This document shows positions 1 through 8,508 of a stretch of 64,000 nucleotides of DNA, piece by piece. Position 1 is the first letter of the stretch. Every line of letters begins with the position of its first letter. The stretch comes from Candidatus Zixiibacteriota bacterium (GTDB lineage: Bacteria > Zixibacteria > MSB-5A5 > GN15 > FEB-12). A program made the position numbers and the translations under genes. The stretch is from NCBI GenBank assembly GCA_034003725.1, contig JAVEYB010000003.1:49486-113485 (forward strand), read 5' to 3'. Below the pieces are notes generated by a model that saw only the letters and a program-made list of their open reading frames with translations, searched no databases and was not told where the DNA came from.

Positions 1-1
1 A

Positions 2-1510
2 TCGAGCGACACCGGCCTTACGTGGCAGCGAATCCTCTTTGACTCGCTGGACGCAGCGTCGCCCGTCAACGCGGCGAACGCCCTCGAAGTGATGCCCGAC
101 ACCCTCCGCATCGGAACCGACTCCGGCTTCGTCACCGCCGTTTTTGATGCGGCCGGAAGTTTCACGCAACCGCCGCTCATCAACGCAGACACGGTCTTTG
201 TCGAGTCGTTGCGGCGTTCCCAGCGCGTCGTTGGCATCCGGACCCAGCGGCTTGCCGCCGACACCATCACGTGGCTTTTGTGTCATCCCGCCACGGCTCA
301 GGGCACGGCGGTACTTCTGTACACCGATGACGGCGGTATCGATTGGGACGGCCGCTTTGTCGATTCGGTCATGACCGATATCGAAATCGTCAACGATACC
401 CTGTACGTGGTTGGTGAGGAGGGCATTTTCTATAACGTCACCGGTCAGGGCGCGGACTTCGTTACCGGCTCCATTACCGCCGGCGGTCTCTCGCTATCCG
501 ATGATTCCGTCCTGACCGTGGTTGCCCGTGACTCCCAACTCGTGTTTGGCACCAACCGAAGCCTGGCGCTCTCGACCCAGCCCGATTCCGTCCGCCGTTA
601 CTCGATTCACCGTGCCAACTTCGATACCCTGACCGCCGATTTGAACATCAACTACAACTTCGACAACACCCTGCTGATAGACACCGGTGGCGTGCGAGTC
701 GGACTCACCGGCGACTTCATCCCGGCCCTCGATATCCAGTACCGCCAGGGCGGCCAGCCCCCGCGTCTCTGGGCGTCGGGCCGCCCGGTCAGCAGTGGCG
801 GCAACGGCATCTCCGTCGCCCGCTTCAACGAAGTCGAGGTCGTCGACACGCTCGGGACTATTCTCGATACCATTGTCGAAGTCCGGTGGCGCGGCGTACA
901 TTTCGACGATTTCGCGTGGAACTTCGCGTTCGACGACGAAGTCGTTTTTGCAGCCTGCAACAGCGGTCTTCTTATGAAAGACATGAGCGCCGCCGACAGC
1001 CTGGACAACACCTGGGACACGGTTCGGTTCGCCGGTACCGATGAAGTGTTCGTGAACCCCGGTACGCCGGTCTACGCGGTCGAGGTCATCGACAACTACC
1101 TGTGGGCGGGGACGGCCGACGGCACGGTGCGGATCAATCTCGATGACTTCTTCGACCAGCGGCGTTTCCATTACACCGATGAGTCGGCCGGTGACGACGA
1201 GGTCTATGCGTTTCCGACGCCGTTTCGTCCCGATCGCGGCGAGGAACTTGACTTCCATTTCACGGTCGTCTCCGACGCGTACGTGACGCTGGAGATATTC
1301 GATTTCGCCATGAACCTCGTGGCGACGCCGATCGACGACGTGTTCCTCACCGCCGGTATCTATCACGGCGGCACGCCGAGCGGAGCACAGGGCATTACCT
1401 GGAACGGGCGCAACGACGAGGGCGACCTCGTGGCAGTCGGCGTCTACTACTTTAAAGTCACCTATTCGACCGGCGAGGTCCACTGGGGCAAGCTCGCCGT
1501 GATTCCATAG
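2..1510 (+). CDS. Secreted BNR/Asp-box repeat protein with C-terminal Ig-like (FlgD-Ig / T9SS-sorting-like) domain; 5' end lies outside the window
   Basis: The frame of listed ORF 89..1510 stays open back to nt 2. The window starts inside 'SSDTGLTWQRI' (Asp-box S-x-D-x-G-x-T-W), and there is a second 'YTDDGGIDW'. The C-terminus 'VTLEIFDFAMNLV..GITWNGRNDEGDLVAVGVYYFKVTY' resembles Ig-like sorting tails. Confidence 0.6.
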   Translation, partial: SSDTGLTWQRILFDSLDAASPVNAANALEVMPDTLRIGTDSGFVTAVFDAAGSFTQPPLINADTVFVESLRRSQRVVGIRTQRLAADTITWLLCHPATAQGTAVLLYTDDGGIDWDGRFVDSVMTDIEIVNDTLYVVGEEGIFYNVTGQGADFVTGSITAGGLSLSDDSVLTVVARDSQLVFGTNRSLALSTQPDSVRRYSIHRANFDTLTADLNINYNFDNTLLIDTGGVRVGLTGDFIPALDIQYRQGGQPPRLWASGRPVSSGGNGISVARFNEVEVVDTLGTILDTIVEVRWRGVHFDDFAWNFAFDDEVVFAACNSGLLMKDMSAADSLDNTWDTVRFAGTDEVFVNPGTPVYAVEVIDNYLWAGTADGTVRINLDDFFDQRRFHYTDESAGDDEVYAFPTPFRPDRGEELDFHFTVVSDAYVTLEIFDFAMNLVATPIDDVFLTAGIYHGGTPSGAQGITWNGRNDEGDLVAVGVYYFKVTYSTGEVHWGKLAVIP

Positions 1511-1518
1511 GAGTTCGC

Positions 1519-2502
1519 ATGGTACGGTTTCTTGCGACAATGGGTGCGCTTCTTGCGCTGATAACGCCGGCTCTGAGCGCGGGCGACGGTGACGGCGGCT
1601 ACGGTGGCGCTTTTTACCAGGTTCCGTTGGGCGCTCGTCCGACCGCCATGGGCGGCGCCTACCGGGCAATATCGAATGACGGCGCTGCCCCGCTGTTTAA
1701 TCCCGCCGGTCTGTCGCTGCTCGATCGTACGCTGGTGGCGTCTTCCTATCGAGCCATGCAGCTCGACCGACAGCTCGGTTATCTGACGTTTATGTTCCCC
1801 GTGCAGGGGCAGACCGCAATCGGCGGCCACTGGCTGTATGCCGGCTCCGGCAAGGTGCGCGAGCGGGACTCCGACGGATTCGATCTGGGACGCGATTTCT
1901 CGCTGAACCACCACCAGTTCAGCGTCGTGTTTGCCAAACGGTTCGAGAAGTACCTCGCGGTCGGCGCCAACCTCTCCTATCTATACGCAAAGTTTCCCGA
2001 AGTCGTGGCGACCGGGGTCGGCTTTGACTTCGGCGGGCTTCTCTTTGTCGACGAACTGATCGACCGCGAAAAGCGCGACGACATGCCGGTGAAAGATATC
2101 CGGCTCGCCCTCACGATCAAGCACATCGGCAAGGAGTTCGCCTGGAACAGTGAGAAGTACAACGCCAGGTACTCCGGCGACGCTATCGGGTATGAACAGA
2201 CCGACAAGGTGCCAGTCGAGTTCGCCCTCGGCTCCTCGGCCCGTTTTTTCGCGCGCAAGCTTCTGCTCGCCGCCGACGTATCCATGAACGAGAAGCAGGG
2301 ACCGATCGCCTACGCGGGAGCGGAATTTTTCCTCCGACCAGAGTTTGCGCTGAGAGCCGGCTACTACCAGAAACGCTTCACCGCCGGCACGGGCTACGTC
2401 TTTACGTTTGGCAGCGTCACGATGGCCGTCGATTACGCCTTCTCGACCGACCGGGTCGACGAAGGTTCGGAACACATTTTTTCGTTCGACTTTCTCCTGT
2501 GA
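1519..2502 (+). CDS. Outer-membrane beta-barrel protein, PorV/PorQ-like (T9SS-associated type)
   Basis: AGGAG lies 5 nt upstream of the ATG. Signal peptide MVRFLATMGALLALITPALSA. The N-terminal 'GARPTAMGGAYRAISNDGAAPLFNPAGLS' motif is typical of PorV/PorQ-type barrels. The sequence has an amphipathic beta-strand pattern and an aromatic/hydrophobic C-terminus 'FSFDFLL'. Confidence 0.5.
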   Translation: MVRFLATMGALLALITPALSAGDGDGGYGGAFYQVPLGARPTAMGGAYRAISNDGAAPLFNPAGLSLLDRTLVASSYRAMQLDRQLGYLTFMFPVQGQTAIGGHWLYAGSGKVRERDSDGFDLGRDFSLNHHQFSVVFAKRFEKYLAVGANLSYLYAKFPEVVATGVGFDFGGLLFVDELIDREKRDDMPVKDIRLALTIKHIGKEFAWNSEKYNARYSGDAIGYEQTDKVPVEFALGSSARFFARKLLLAADVSMNEKQGPIAYAGAEFFLRPEFALRAGYYQKRFTAGTGYVFTFGSVTMAVDYAFSTDRVDEGSEHIFSFDFLL

Positions 2503-2519
2503 TGAGGCGGTGACAGACC

Positions 2520-3416
2520 ATGCACATGCGACAGTTCACGGCCGCCCTCCTGATTGTTCTTGCGGGCGCCGCTCAGGCTAACGACGGGCTCGCGTTGATG
2601 CGGGTCGAACCGGGTGCGCGACCCTCCGGGATGGCCGGCACACTGGTGTCCATCGACGGCGACCCGCTCTCGTCGGCGTACAACCCGGCCGGCGGTGGCG
2701 GCGTTTCCTCCTTTGTCGTGTCGTTCGGGTACAACACCTATTGGGAGAATATCGAGCTGGCCGACGGCTACTTCGTTGCTCCCTTGTTCGCGCGATGGAG
2801 TCTGCACGGCGGGATTCGCTACGCCGGTGTCAACGATATCGAAGGGCGAACGCAGCCCACGCTTGATCCGTTCGAGATAACGACCTTCGATGCCGAAGAC
2901 GTGTCTTTCAAGGCGGGACTCCGGTACGACGTGTCGTCGACCGTATCGGCCGGTGTTGCGGCGGGCTGGTATATCGAGAAGATCTCCAGCTACCGGGGGT
3001 CGGCCTTCAATGTCGATCTCGGCGTACTCGTCCGCGCGACTCACGCTCTCACGATGGGAGCAGCCGTGACCAGTCTCGGGTCTGACTTCCAGCTCGAAGA
3101 GAGCGGGCAGGGTCGCTCCCGTGACATCTCGCTGCCGACCACCTACCGTGTGGGCGGTTCCTACCGCTACGACCGGTATCTCGGCGCTCTCGATGTCGTC
3201 TACGTCAACGACGATCCTCACGTACACGTGGGGGCGGAGGCCGACATCCATGAAGTCTTCACCGTGCGAGCCGGCGTGATGACCGGGTACGATTCCAGGA
3301 ACATCACCGCGGGCGCAACCATCCGTCGGCGGAACTTCTCTTTCGACTACGGCTTTGTCCCGTACAGCAATGACTTCGGGACATCGCACCTGTTCAACCT
3401 GACCGTCACTTTGTAA
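2520..3416 (+). CDS. Outer-membrane beta-barrel protein, PorV/PorQ-like, paralog of the preceding gene
   Basis: Signal peptide MHMRQFTAALLIVLAGAAQA. It has the same N-terminal motif ('GARPSGMAGTLVSIDGDPLSSAYNPAG'), a similar length and a beta-strand pattern, and ends 'HLFNLTVTL'. Confidence 0.5.
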   Translation: MHMRQFTAALLIVLAGAAQANDGLALMRVEPGARPSGMAGTLVSIDGDPLSSAYNPAGGGGVSSFVVSFGYNTYWENIELADGYFVAPLFARWSLHGGIRYAGVNDIEGRTQPTLDPFEITTFDAEDVSFKAGLRYDVSSTVSAGVAAGWYIEKISSYRGSAFNVDLGVLVRATHALTMGAAVTSLGSDFQLEESGQGRSRDISLPTTYRVGGSYRYDRYLGALDVVYVNDDPHVHVGAEADIHEVFTVRAGVMTGYDSRNITAGATIRRRNFSFDYGFVPYSNDFGTSHLFNLTVTL

Positions 3417-3448
3417 CATATAAACCGCTAAGGAGCGCATTACGTCAG

Positions 3449-4567
3449 ATGGCTAAGTACAAGATTGCGTGGATGCCGGGCGACGGCGTCGGCAACGACG
3501 TCATGGACGCCGCAAAGATCGTTCTCGACAAGACCGGACTCGATGCGGAGTACATCCACGCCGATATCGGCTGGGAGTTCTGGCGGACCGAAGCCAACCC
3601 GCTTCCGGATCGCACCATCAAGATCCTCAACGAAACCGACTGCGCGTTGTTCGGCGCGATCACGTCGCTTCCCAAAGAGGAGTGCGAGAAGGCGCTGGTT
3701 CCGTCGCTGCAGGGTAAGGGGCACGTCTACTCCTCGCCGATCGTCCGGCTTCGCCAGGAATTCAACCTTCGCACCAATCTCCGCCCGTGCAAGGGTTATC
3801 CGGGTAACCCGCTGAACTACCGGGACAACATCGACCTGATCGTGTTCCGCGAGAACACCGAAGACCTCTACGCCGGGGTCGAGTTCTTCCCGCTGCCGGA
3901 TGAAGTTCGCGAAGCAGTCAAGAAGCACAACAAGAAGATGGCGCGCTTCGACAAAACACCGAGTAACGAAATCGCCGTCTCGCTTCGTATCAACACCAAA
4001 ACGGCTTGCCGGAATATCATCATCGACGCCTTCGAGCACGCGAAGACTTACGGTTACAAGAGCGTCACGGTGGTCGAGAAGCCCAACGTGGTGCGGGAAA
4101 CATCGGGCCTGATGGTCCGTACCGCCCGCGAAGTGGCGAAGAACTACCCCGGCATCGAACTGTGGGAGACCAATATCGACGCCATGTGCATGTGGCTGAT
4201 CAAGAACCCGCTCGACTACGGCGTGCTGGTGACCTCGAACCTGTTCGGCGATATCGTCTCCGACTTGTGTGCGCAGCTGGTGGGCGGTCTTGGTTTTGCG
4301 GCCTCGGGCAATATCGGCGACAAGTACGCTGTCTTCGAGCCGACCCACGGCTCCGCGCCGAAATACGCCGGCCAGTACAAGGTGAACCCGATGGCCATGC
4401 TTCTGTCGGTGAAACTCATGTTCGACTGGCTGGGCGAGTCGAATCTGAGCGCCGCGCTCGAGAACGCTATAGCCGACGTCGTCAAAGAGGGCAAAGTGCG
4501 CACCTACGACATGGGCGGCAAAAACACGACGCTTGAGGTGGCGCAGGCGGTCGCCGCGAAATTGTAG
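3449..4567 (+). CDS. Isocitrate/isopropylmalate dehydrogenase family protein (beta-decarboxylating dehydrogenase)
   Basis: 'KIAWMPGDGVGNDVMDAAKIVL', 'ALFGAITS', 'RENTEDLYAGVE', 'NLFGDIVSDLCAQLVGGLGFAASGNIG' and 'FEPTHGSAPKYAG' are family hallmarks. Substrate specificity cannot be decided by eye. Confidence 0.85.
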   Translation: MAKYKIAWMPGDGVGNDVMDAAKIVLDKTGLDAEYIHADIGWEFWRTEANPLPDRTIKILNETDCALFGAITSLPKEECEKALVPSLQGKGHVYSSPIVRLRQEFNLRTNLRPCKGYPGNPLNYRDNIDLIVFRENTEDLYAGVEFFPLPDEVREAVKKHNKKMARFDKTPSNEIAVSLRINTKTACRNIIIDAFEHAKTYGYKSVTVVEKPNVVRETSGLMVRTAREVAKNYPGIELWETNIDAMCMWLIKNPLDYGVLVTSNLFGDIVSDLCAQLVGGLGFAASGNIGDKYAVFEPTHGSAPKYAGQYKVNPMAMLLSVKLMFDWLGESNLSAALENAIADVVKEGKVRTYDMGGKNTTLEVAQAVAAKL

Positions 4568-4610
4568 GGCGGATCCGTATTCGAATCCGCTACTGGTAAA
4601 GCGTGCCACA

Positions 4611-4650
4611 GGTGCCGTTAGGCGAGATCGCCTGACGGCACTTTTTTTTA
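4611..4650 (+). terminator. Rho-independent terminator after the dehydrogenase gene
   Basis: GC-rich hairpin ggtgccgttaggcga / tcgcctgacggcac followed by an 8-T run (4642-4649). Confidence 0.7.
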
Positions 4651-5281
4651 TTCCCGGCGCATAGGCGAATTTGAAAAAGTCCCTGTAATTTGTTGTCGAC
4701 GGGCCAGTTACAGCAAAATGGCTTTGTTTTGTTATTTTCAGGGTACCCTATAGTGTCAATCTGTCTAACTCGATGTGGCGGGGGAGGATAATATCTCGCC
4801 TGGTGTTGTTGTTCTCGCCGGGGCCGTGAGCCATGATTGAGATCGATTCCTCCGTGAATATCGGGGTCACGGTGATATCCGGGAATGCATCTCAACGTGC
4901 AACCCCGACTCCGCCGCAATACGGAAAAGTCATTGTACAAGTCTGATCGCATGGGAGTTACAGCCCGCCGCGGCGGGGTTCGTTTTGTCATTTTTGAGGG
5001 GGCCCCATTTTTGTTCTGCGGATCGGTGACGGCGATATGACGTTGCCGCAGCCGTGTTACGGTGTCAGGCAGACAAGTACACCGGTCGTTTTTCGCGTGG
5101 TTCGCAGACATCAGTTAGGCTCCTCTTTCTACAATAGAGGGTCGCGCCGTTTTTACCTTCGAGGATGCAGCGAAAGTGAGGGGGGATTGATTCGAGGAAA
5201 CAAGAGCGTCACGTCGAAGAGAACGGGGGTCCTGTTAGTGAACCCATAGCAATCAATGGGGGACTCAGCCACGGCGGCGAT

Positions 5282-5403
5282 AATGGCAGGTCCGGAGACG
5301 AACTTTCCGTACGGTGACTGACGGTCCTGGGGGCAGGCCCACCACAGGCGGGCGGGCCAACGGGCGGGGCACCACGGGGTCGAGGAAGATGCTGTTGCTG
5401 AAG
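5282..5403 (+). repeat. Upstream copies of two short direct repeats (element B at 5282-5314, element A at 5379-5403) that recur downstream of the next gene
   Basis: 'aatggcaggtccggagacgaactttccgtacg' recurs at 7023-7054 with one mismatch. 'gtcgaggaagatgctgttgctgaag' recurs at 6957-6981 with an exact 25-nt match. Confidence 0.8.
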
Positions 5404-5481
5404 CAAGCGATCTGTCAGTGGTGCGGAGATAGAAACTGTACAAGCGAGTCGAGTTTTGTATATTGGTGCAGGAGGGACGTT

Positions 5482-6984
5482 ATGACAAAAATAGCTCGTC
5501 TTTTGTTAGGTCTCGCACCGCTGTTATTTATCGGTTCCGCAGGCGCGGTCGACATTCTTCATCAGGATGTAATTGGTGACCTTGCTACCTACCATCGATT
5601 AAGCCCAATCGCAAGCGCCGAGGGGGGTTACCGTGGCTTCGTCGCAAGCGACCTTCTGCAGGACCGCATTGATATCTACGATATTGCTGGGGTCATCACC
5701 GATAGCCTGCTCATACCGATCGACCTCTCGGATGCGATTGCCCGCCTGAGTGAAGGCGACGATATGTTGCTCGTTTATGTACTTACGGACACTTCAGGCA
5801 GTGTGCATGGTACCCAGTTCCATGTGCCTCGTGTGACCCTCTATACGTTGCCCGGTCCTCAACCAAGCGCGGTGACCGACGATCCGGAGCTCATCTCGCT
5901 TTACAATCCGGCGATGGGGACGTATATCGTTGAGGTGAGTGGCAGGCTCGCATTTGAGCAAGACACTGCAGGTTATCCCTCGGCGGTGATCCTTCGTGCT
6001 AACATTAGCACTTCCCTCTCCGAAGGGACGATGGGGACGCGGTCTGACGGGGGGCAGTCATTCGTTCGATACGGGCTCGACCTCGCCGCCCGGCAGGTGT
6101 GGGGAAGCGCCGGAGATTATGTCACCGGAGATTTTTGTGGCGCCGCATCGGCGGGATACGCCCGTTTCGTGAATTGGATGCACTCCGTCGCCGACGATCC
6201 CTGGAACAGCGGATACTGGTGGGGAACGTACCTGCGTGTCGGCCTCCACGACAGCGTGGCCGTCGGCTGCAGTACCGACGAAGGAGCCTCTTACCGGTTG
6301 TTCGCCGGTAACTTCGACCCAGCGTCGGCAACGGATGAACTCATCCACCATGGGCGAGCCATCGACATGCTCGGACTGGACAGCACGGCTTCCCGCCACC
6401 TCGCCTGCTACAGCTTCGCGGACTCATCAGTCAGCATAGTATGGAGGATAAGCGAGCCGACCGGCTTTGTGGCACATCATTACCTACCCGAACGGAATGT
6501 CATCGTGGGCCTGCAGTCAAACGGGGTCGTGCTGACTATCGACTGTGCGACCGGTGCTATCGTCGACTCCATCCCGCTCGGCCGTGCGATCGTGCATCCC
6601 GCGTTTCTGTTCGGTCAGGATCGTACATTGCCGGACCTGTTTGGCCGAGTCGGCGATACGGTGTTCGTTTTCGCCCCGGGTACGCCAACCGATGTTGAAG
6701 AAGCCTCTCCGGGATTACTCCCGAATTCGTTCGTGCTCCGGCAGAACTACCCGAATCCGTTCAATCCAACCACGACAATCTCGTTCGATCTTCCGGTCGC
6801 GGGTGAGTATCGGCTGACTGTCTACAACACGCTGGGTCAGGAGGTGGATCGCATCGATGGCATGTCATCGGCCGGGTCTGTCTCGATCGAGTGGAATGGT
6901 TCAGGACTGGCTTCGGGCGTGTATCTCTACAAAGTGACGGTCGCTGATTTCGAAGCGTCGAGGAAGATGCTGTTGCTGAAGTAG
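5482..6984 (+). CDS. Secreted protein with type IX secretion C-terminal sorting domain (T9SS cargo), N-terminal part of unknown function
   Basis: GGAGGGA RBS at 5471-5477. Signal peptide MTKIARLLLGLAPLLFIGSAGA. The C-terminus 'LRQNYPNPFNPTTTISFDLPVAGEYRLTVYNTLGQEV...GVYLYKVTVADFEASRKMLLLK' matches the Por secretion tail pattern. The listed ORF start 5314 was trimmed to the ATG that has an RBS and a signal peptide. Confidence 0.75.
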   Translation: MTKIARLLLGLAPLLFIGSAGAVDILHQDVIGDLATYHRLSPIASAEGGYRGFVASDLLQDRIDIYDIAGVITDSLLIPIDLSDAIARLSEGDDMLLVYVLTDTSGSVHGTQFHVPRVTLYTLPGPQPSAVTDDPELISLYNPAMGTYIVEVSGRLAFEQDTAGYPSAVILRANISTSLSEGTMGTRSDGGQSFVRYGLDLAARQVWGSAGDYVTGDFCGAASAGYARFVNWMHSVADDPWNSGYWWGTYLRVGLHDSVAVGCSTDEGASYRLFAGNFDPASATDELIHHGRAIDMLGLDSTASRHLACYSFADSSVSIVWRISEPTGFVAHHYLPERNVIVGLQSNGVVLTIDCATGAIVDSIPLGRAIVHPAFLFGQDRTLPDLFGRVGDTVFVFAPGTPTDVEEASPGLLPNSFVLRQNYPNPFNPTTTISFDLPVAGEYRLTVYNTLGQEVDRIDGMSSAGSVSIEWNGSGLASGVYLYKVTVADFEASRKMLLLK

Positions 6985-7054
6985 CGGCCGGGTGGGCCGC
7001 CCCCGGCGACAGAGTCAATAGGAATGGCAGGTCCGGAGACGAACTATCCGTACG
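6957..7054 (+). repeat. Downstream copies of the same two direct repeats (A at 6957-6981 = last 8 codons of the T9SS cargo gene; B at 7023-7054), separated by a GC hairpin
   Basis: Same sequences as 5379-5403 and 5282-5314 but in the opposite relative order. The hairpin gcggcc-gggtg-ggccgc lies between them. Confidence 0.8.
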
Positions 7055-7315
7055 TTGGCTTTGTACCGTTAAAATGTGTCACCCATGATCCCGGATCAAC
7101 CTGTTACCTATGTCGCCGGTTTGTACCCGTCGACATCCCACCCGGGACGCCTGTCCGCCGAGGCGGGGGTGGGCTACTCGGTTAACCAATGTCCCGACAG
7201 AACATGTTACCTATCTTATGACACCGTACACCGAAGACGGACCTTCCCGACGGTGAGCTGCGCGCGGTCTCGGGGCATCCCGGCCGTGCGCAGCGATTAG
7301 CCCGACGAGCCGCCG

Positions 7316-7918
7316 TTATTTGTCCGGGTGCAGGGCGGCGACTTTTTCTTCGAGTTCACGCACGCGCTTGGTCAGGCGGGTGATCTTGCCGTCAAGCTTC
7401 GCCAAATCGGCCGGGCGGACCCAGATGTTCTCTTTGGCGAATTTGGACACGCCCTTCTGGGCTTTGTCGGCTTCCTCGATGACCTTTTTCCGGAAGGAGT
7501 CGGTCGATTTTTCGGCCTTGTCGAGCAGTTCCATGATGGCCGCTTTGCGGTCGGACTTGTCGACTTCGCCCTTCTTGATGAGGTCGTCGATAATCTTCTC
7601 GGCCTTCGCCTTGGTCACGTTGAACAGACCGATCGAGGCCAGAACCGTGTTTTTGAGGATCGACATGGAGGTATCCTTTCCCAATTGTATGGCATTATGC
7701 AGAAATTGAGTCGCTTCGGTGACATCGCTCCACAGGCCCGACTGGCCGGCCATGACCCGTCCCAGCACGGTGGGCGTGATGTCTTTGCCGGTGGCCGAGT
7801 CGAGCACCTGGACCTGCTCGCCTTCTTCGATCATCCGGGCCAGCTCGAACTGCGTGATCGTGCGACTGGTCCGGGTGTCGTACAGCCGCCGGTTTTTATA
7901 CCGTTTGATAACGCGCAT
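7316..7918 (-). CDS. phaR: PhaR-type polyhydroxyalkanoate synthesis regulator (N-terminal PHB/PHA accumulation regulator DNA-binding domain fused to a phasin-like coiled-coil C-terminus)
   Basis: The N-terminus 'IKRYKNRRLYDTRTSRTITQFELARMIEEGEQVQVLDSATGKDIT' is the PhaR DNA-binding signature. The C-terminal half is a K/E-rich helical, phasin-like region. Confidence 0.8.
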   Translation of the reverse strand: MRVIKRYKNRRLYDTRTSRTITQFELARMIEEGEQVQVLDSATGKDITPTVLGRVMAGQSGLWSDVTEATQFLHNAIQLGKDTSMSILKNTVLASIGLFNVTKAKAEKIIDDLIKKGEVDKSDRKAAIMELLDKAEKSTDSFRKKVIEEADKAQKGVSKFAKENIWVRPADLAKLDGKITRLTKRVRELEEKVAALHPDK

Positions 7919-8016
7919 GGTACAGAAAATATAGTGCAGTGCACAAAAAAGTCAAGCGGTGAGATGCGGGGGCCGAAAGCGGCCGCCCGGGGGGATGCGG
8001 TGGGCAAAAAGGCCGG

Positions 8017-8418
8017 TCAGCGTTTGCCGGTCGACATGATGACGATATTGACGATTTCGAGCAGCCGTTCGCAGGAGAACGGCTTTTTGATGAACATGTC
8101 TCCGCCGACCTTGAACGAGCGTCCCATGTCGTCGTTGCGGTCTTTCCCGGTCAAAAAGATCACCGGTATATGGGAGAGGGTGGGGTCTTTTTTGAGTTCG
8201 TTGCAGATGCTGTAGCCGTCGACCTGCGGCATCATGATATCGAGCAGGACGAGGTCGGGTTTGAATTGGCGGATGGTGTTCAGCGCGTTCTGGGGCGCGT
8301 TTTCGACACTCACCGCGTAGCCCGACTCGGTCAGAAAGGTTTCGACGATATCGGTGATTTCCGGCTCATCGTCGACAACGAGAACGCGGGCCTGCTGTGT
8401 TGCTACGTTGTTGGCCAT
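8017..8418 (-). CDS. Single-domain response regulator (CheY-like receiver only)
   Basis: 'VLVVDDEPEI', 'PDLVLLDIMMPQVDGY' and 'IPVIFLTGK' (phospho-acceptor Asp and conserved T/K); 133 aa with no output domain. Confidence 0.85.
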   Translation of the reverse strand: MANNVATQQARVLVVDDEPEITDIVETFLTESGYAVSVENAPQNALNTIRQFKPDLVLLDIMMPQVDGYSICNELKKDPTLSHIPVIFLTGKDRNDDMGRSFKVGGDMFIKKPFSCERLLEIVNIVIMSTGKR

Positions 8419-8508
8419 CTCGGATCCTTACTGGTCTGATGCAGGACAGTCCCTTGTCTTTCCTTGTTTATATCGGCGGCTGGGCGCAGACACTTGAGGC
8501 GTGATCGG

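Noticed and set aside
4590-5111. 173-aa minus-strand ORF in the intergenic gap
   Set aside because: It has Arg/Pro/Cys/His-rich composition, no RBS and no motifs, and it overlaps the dehydrogenase terminator.
5180-5200. 'gggggattgattcgaggaaac' resembles the 5' end of tmRNA (GGGGxUGAxxxGGxUUCGAC), and smpB is in the window
   Set aside because: No T-arm/ACCA 3' end, no tag reading frame and no pseudoknot-like region follows within about 350 nt. That interval runs into the cargo gene.
5282-5314. 'caggtccgga' in repeat element B recalls the SRP (4.5S) RNA conserved helix
   Set aside because: The symmetric-loop GGAA/AGCA context is missing. The element is present twice as a short repeat rather than as a single ~100-nt RNA gene.
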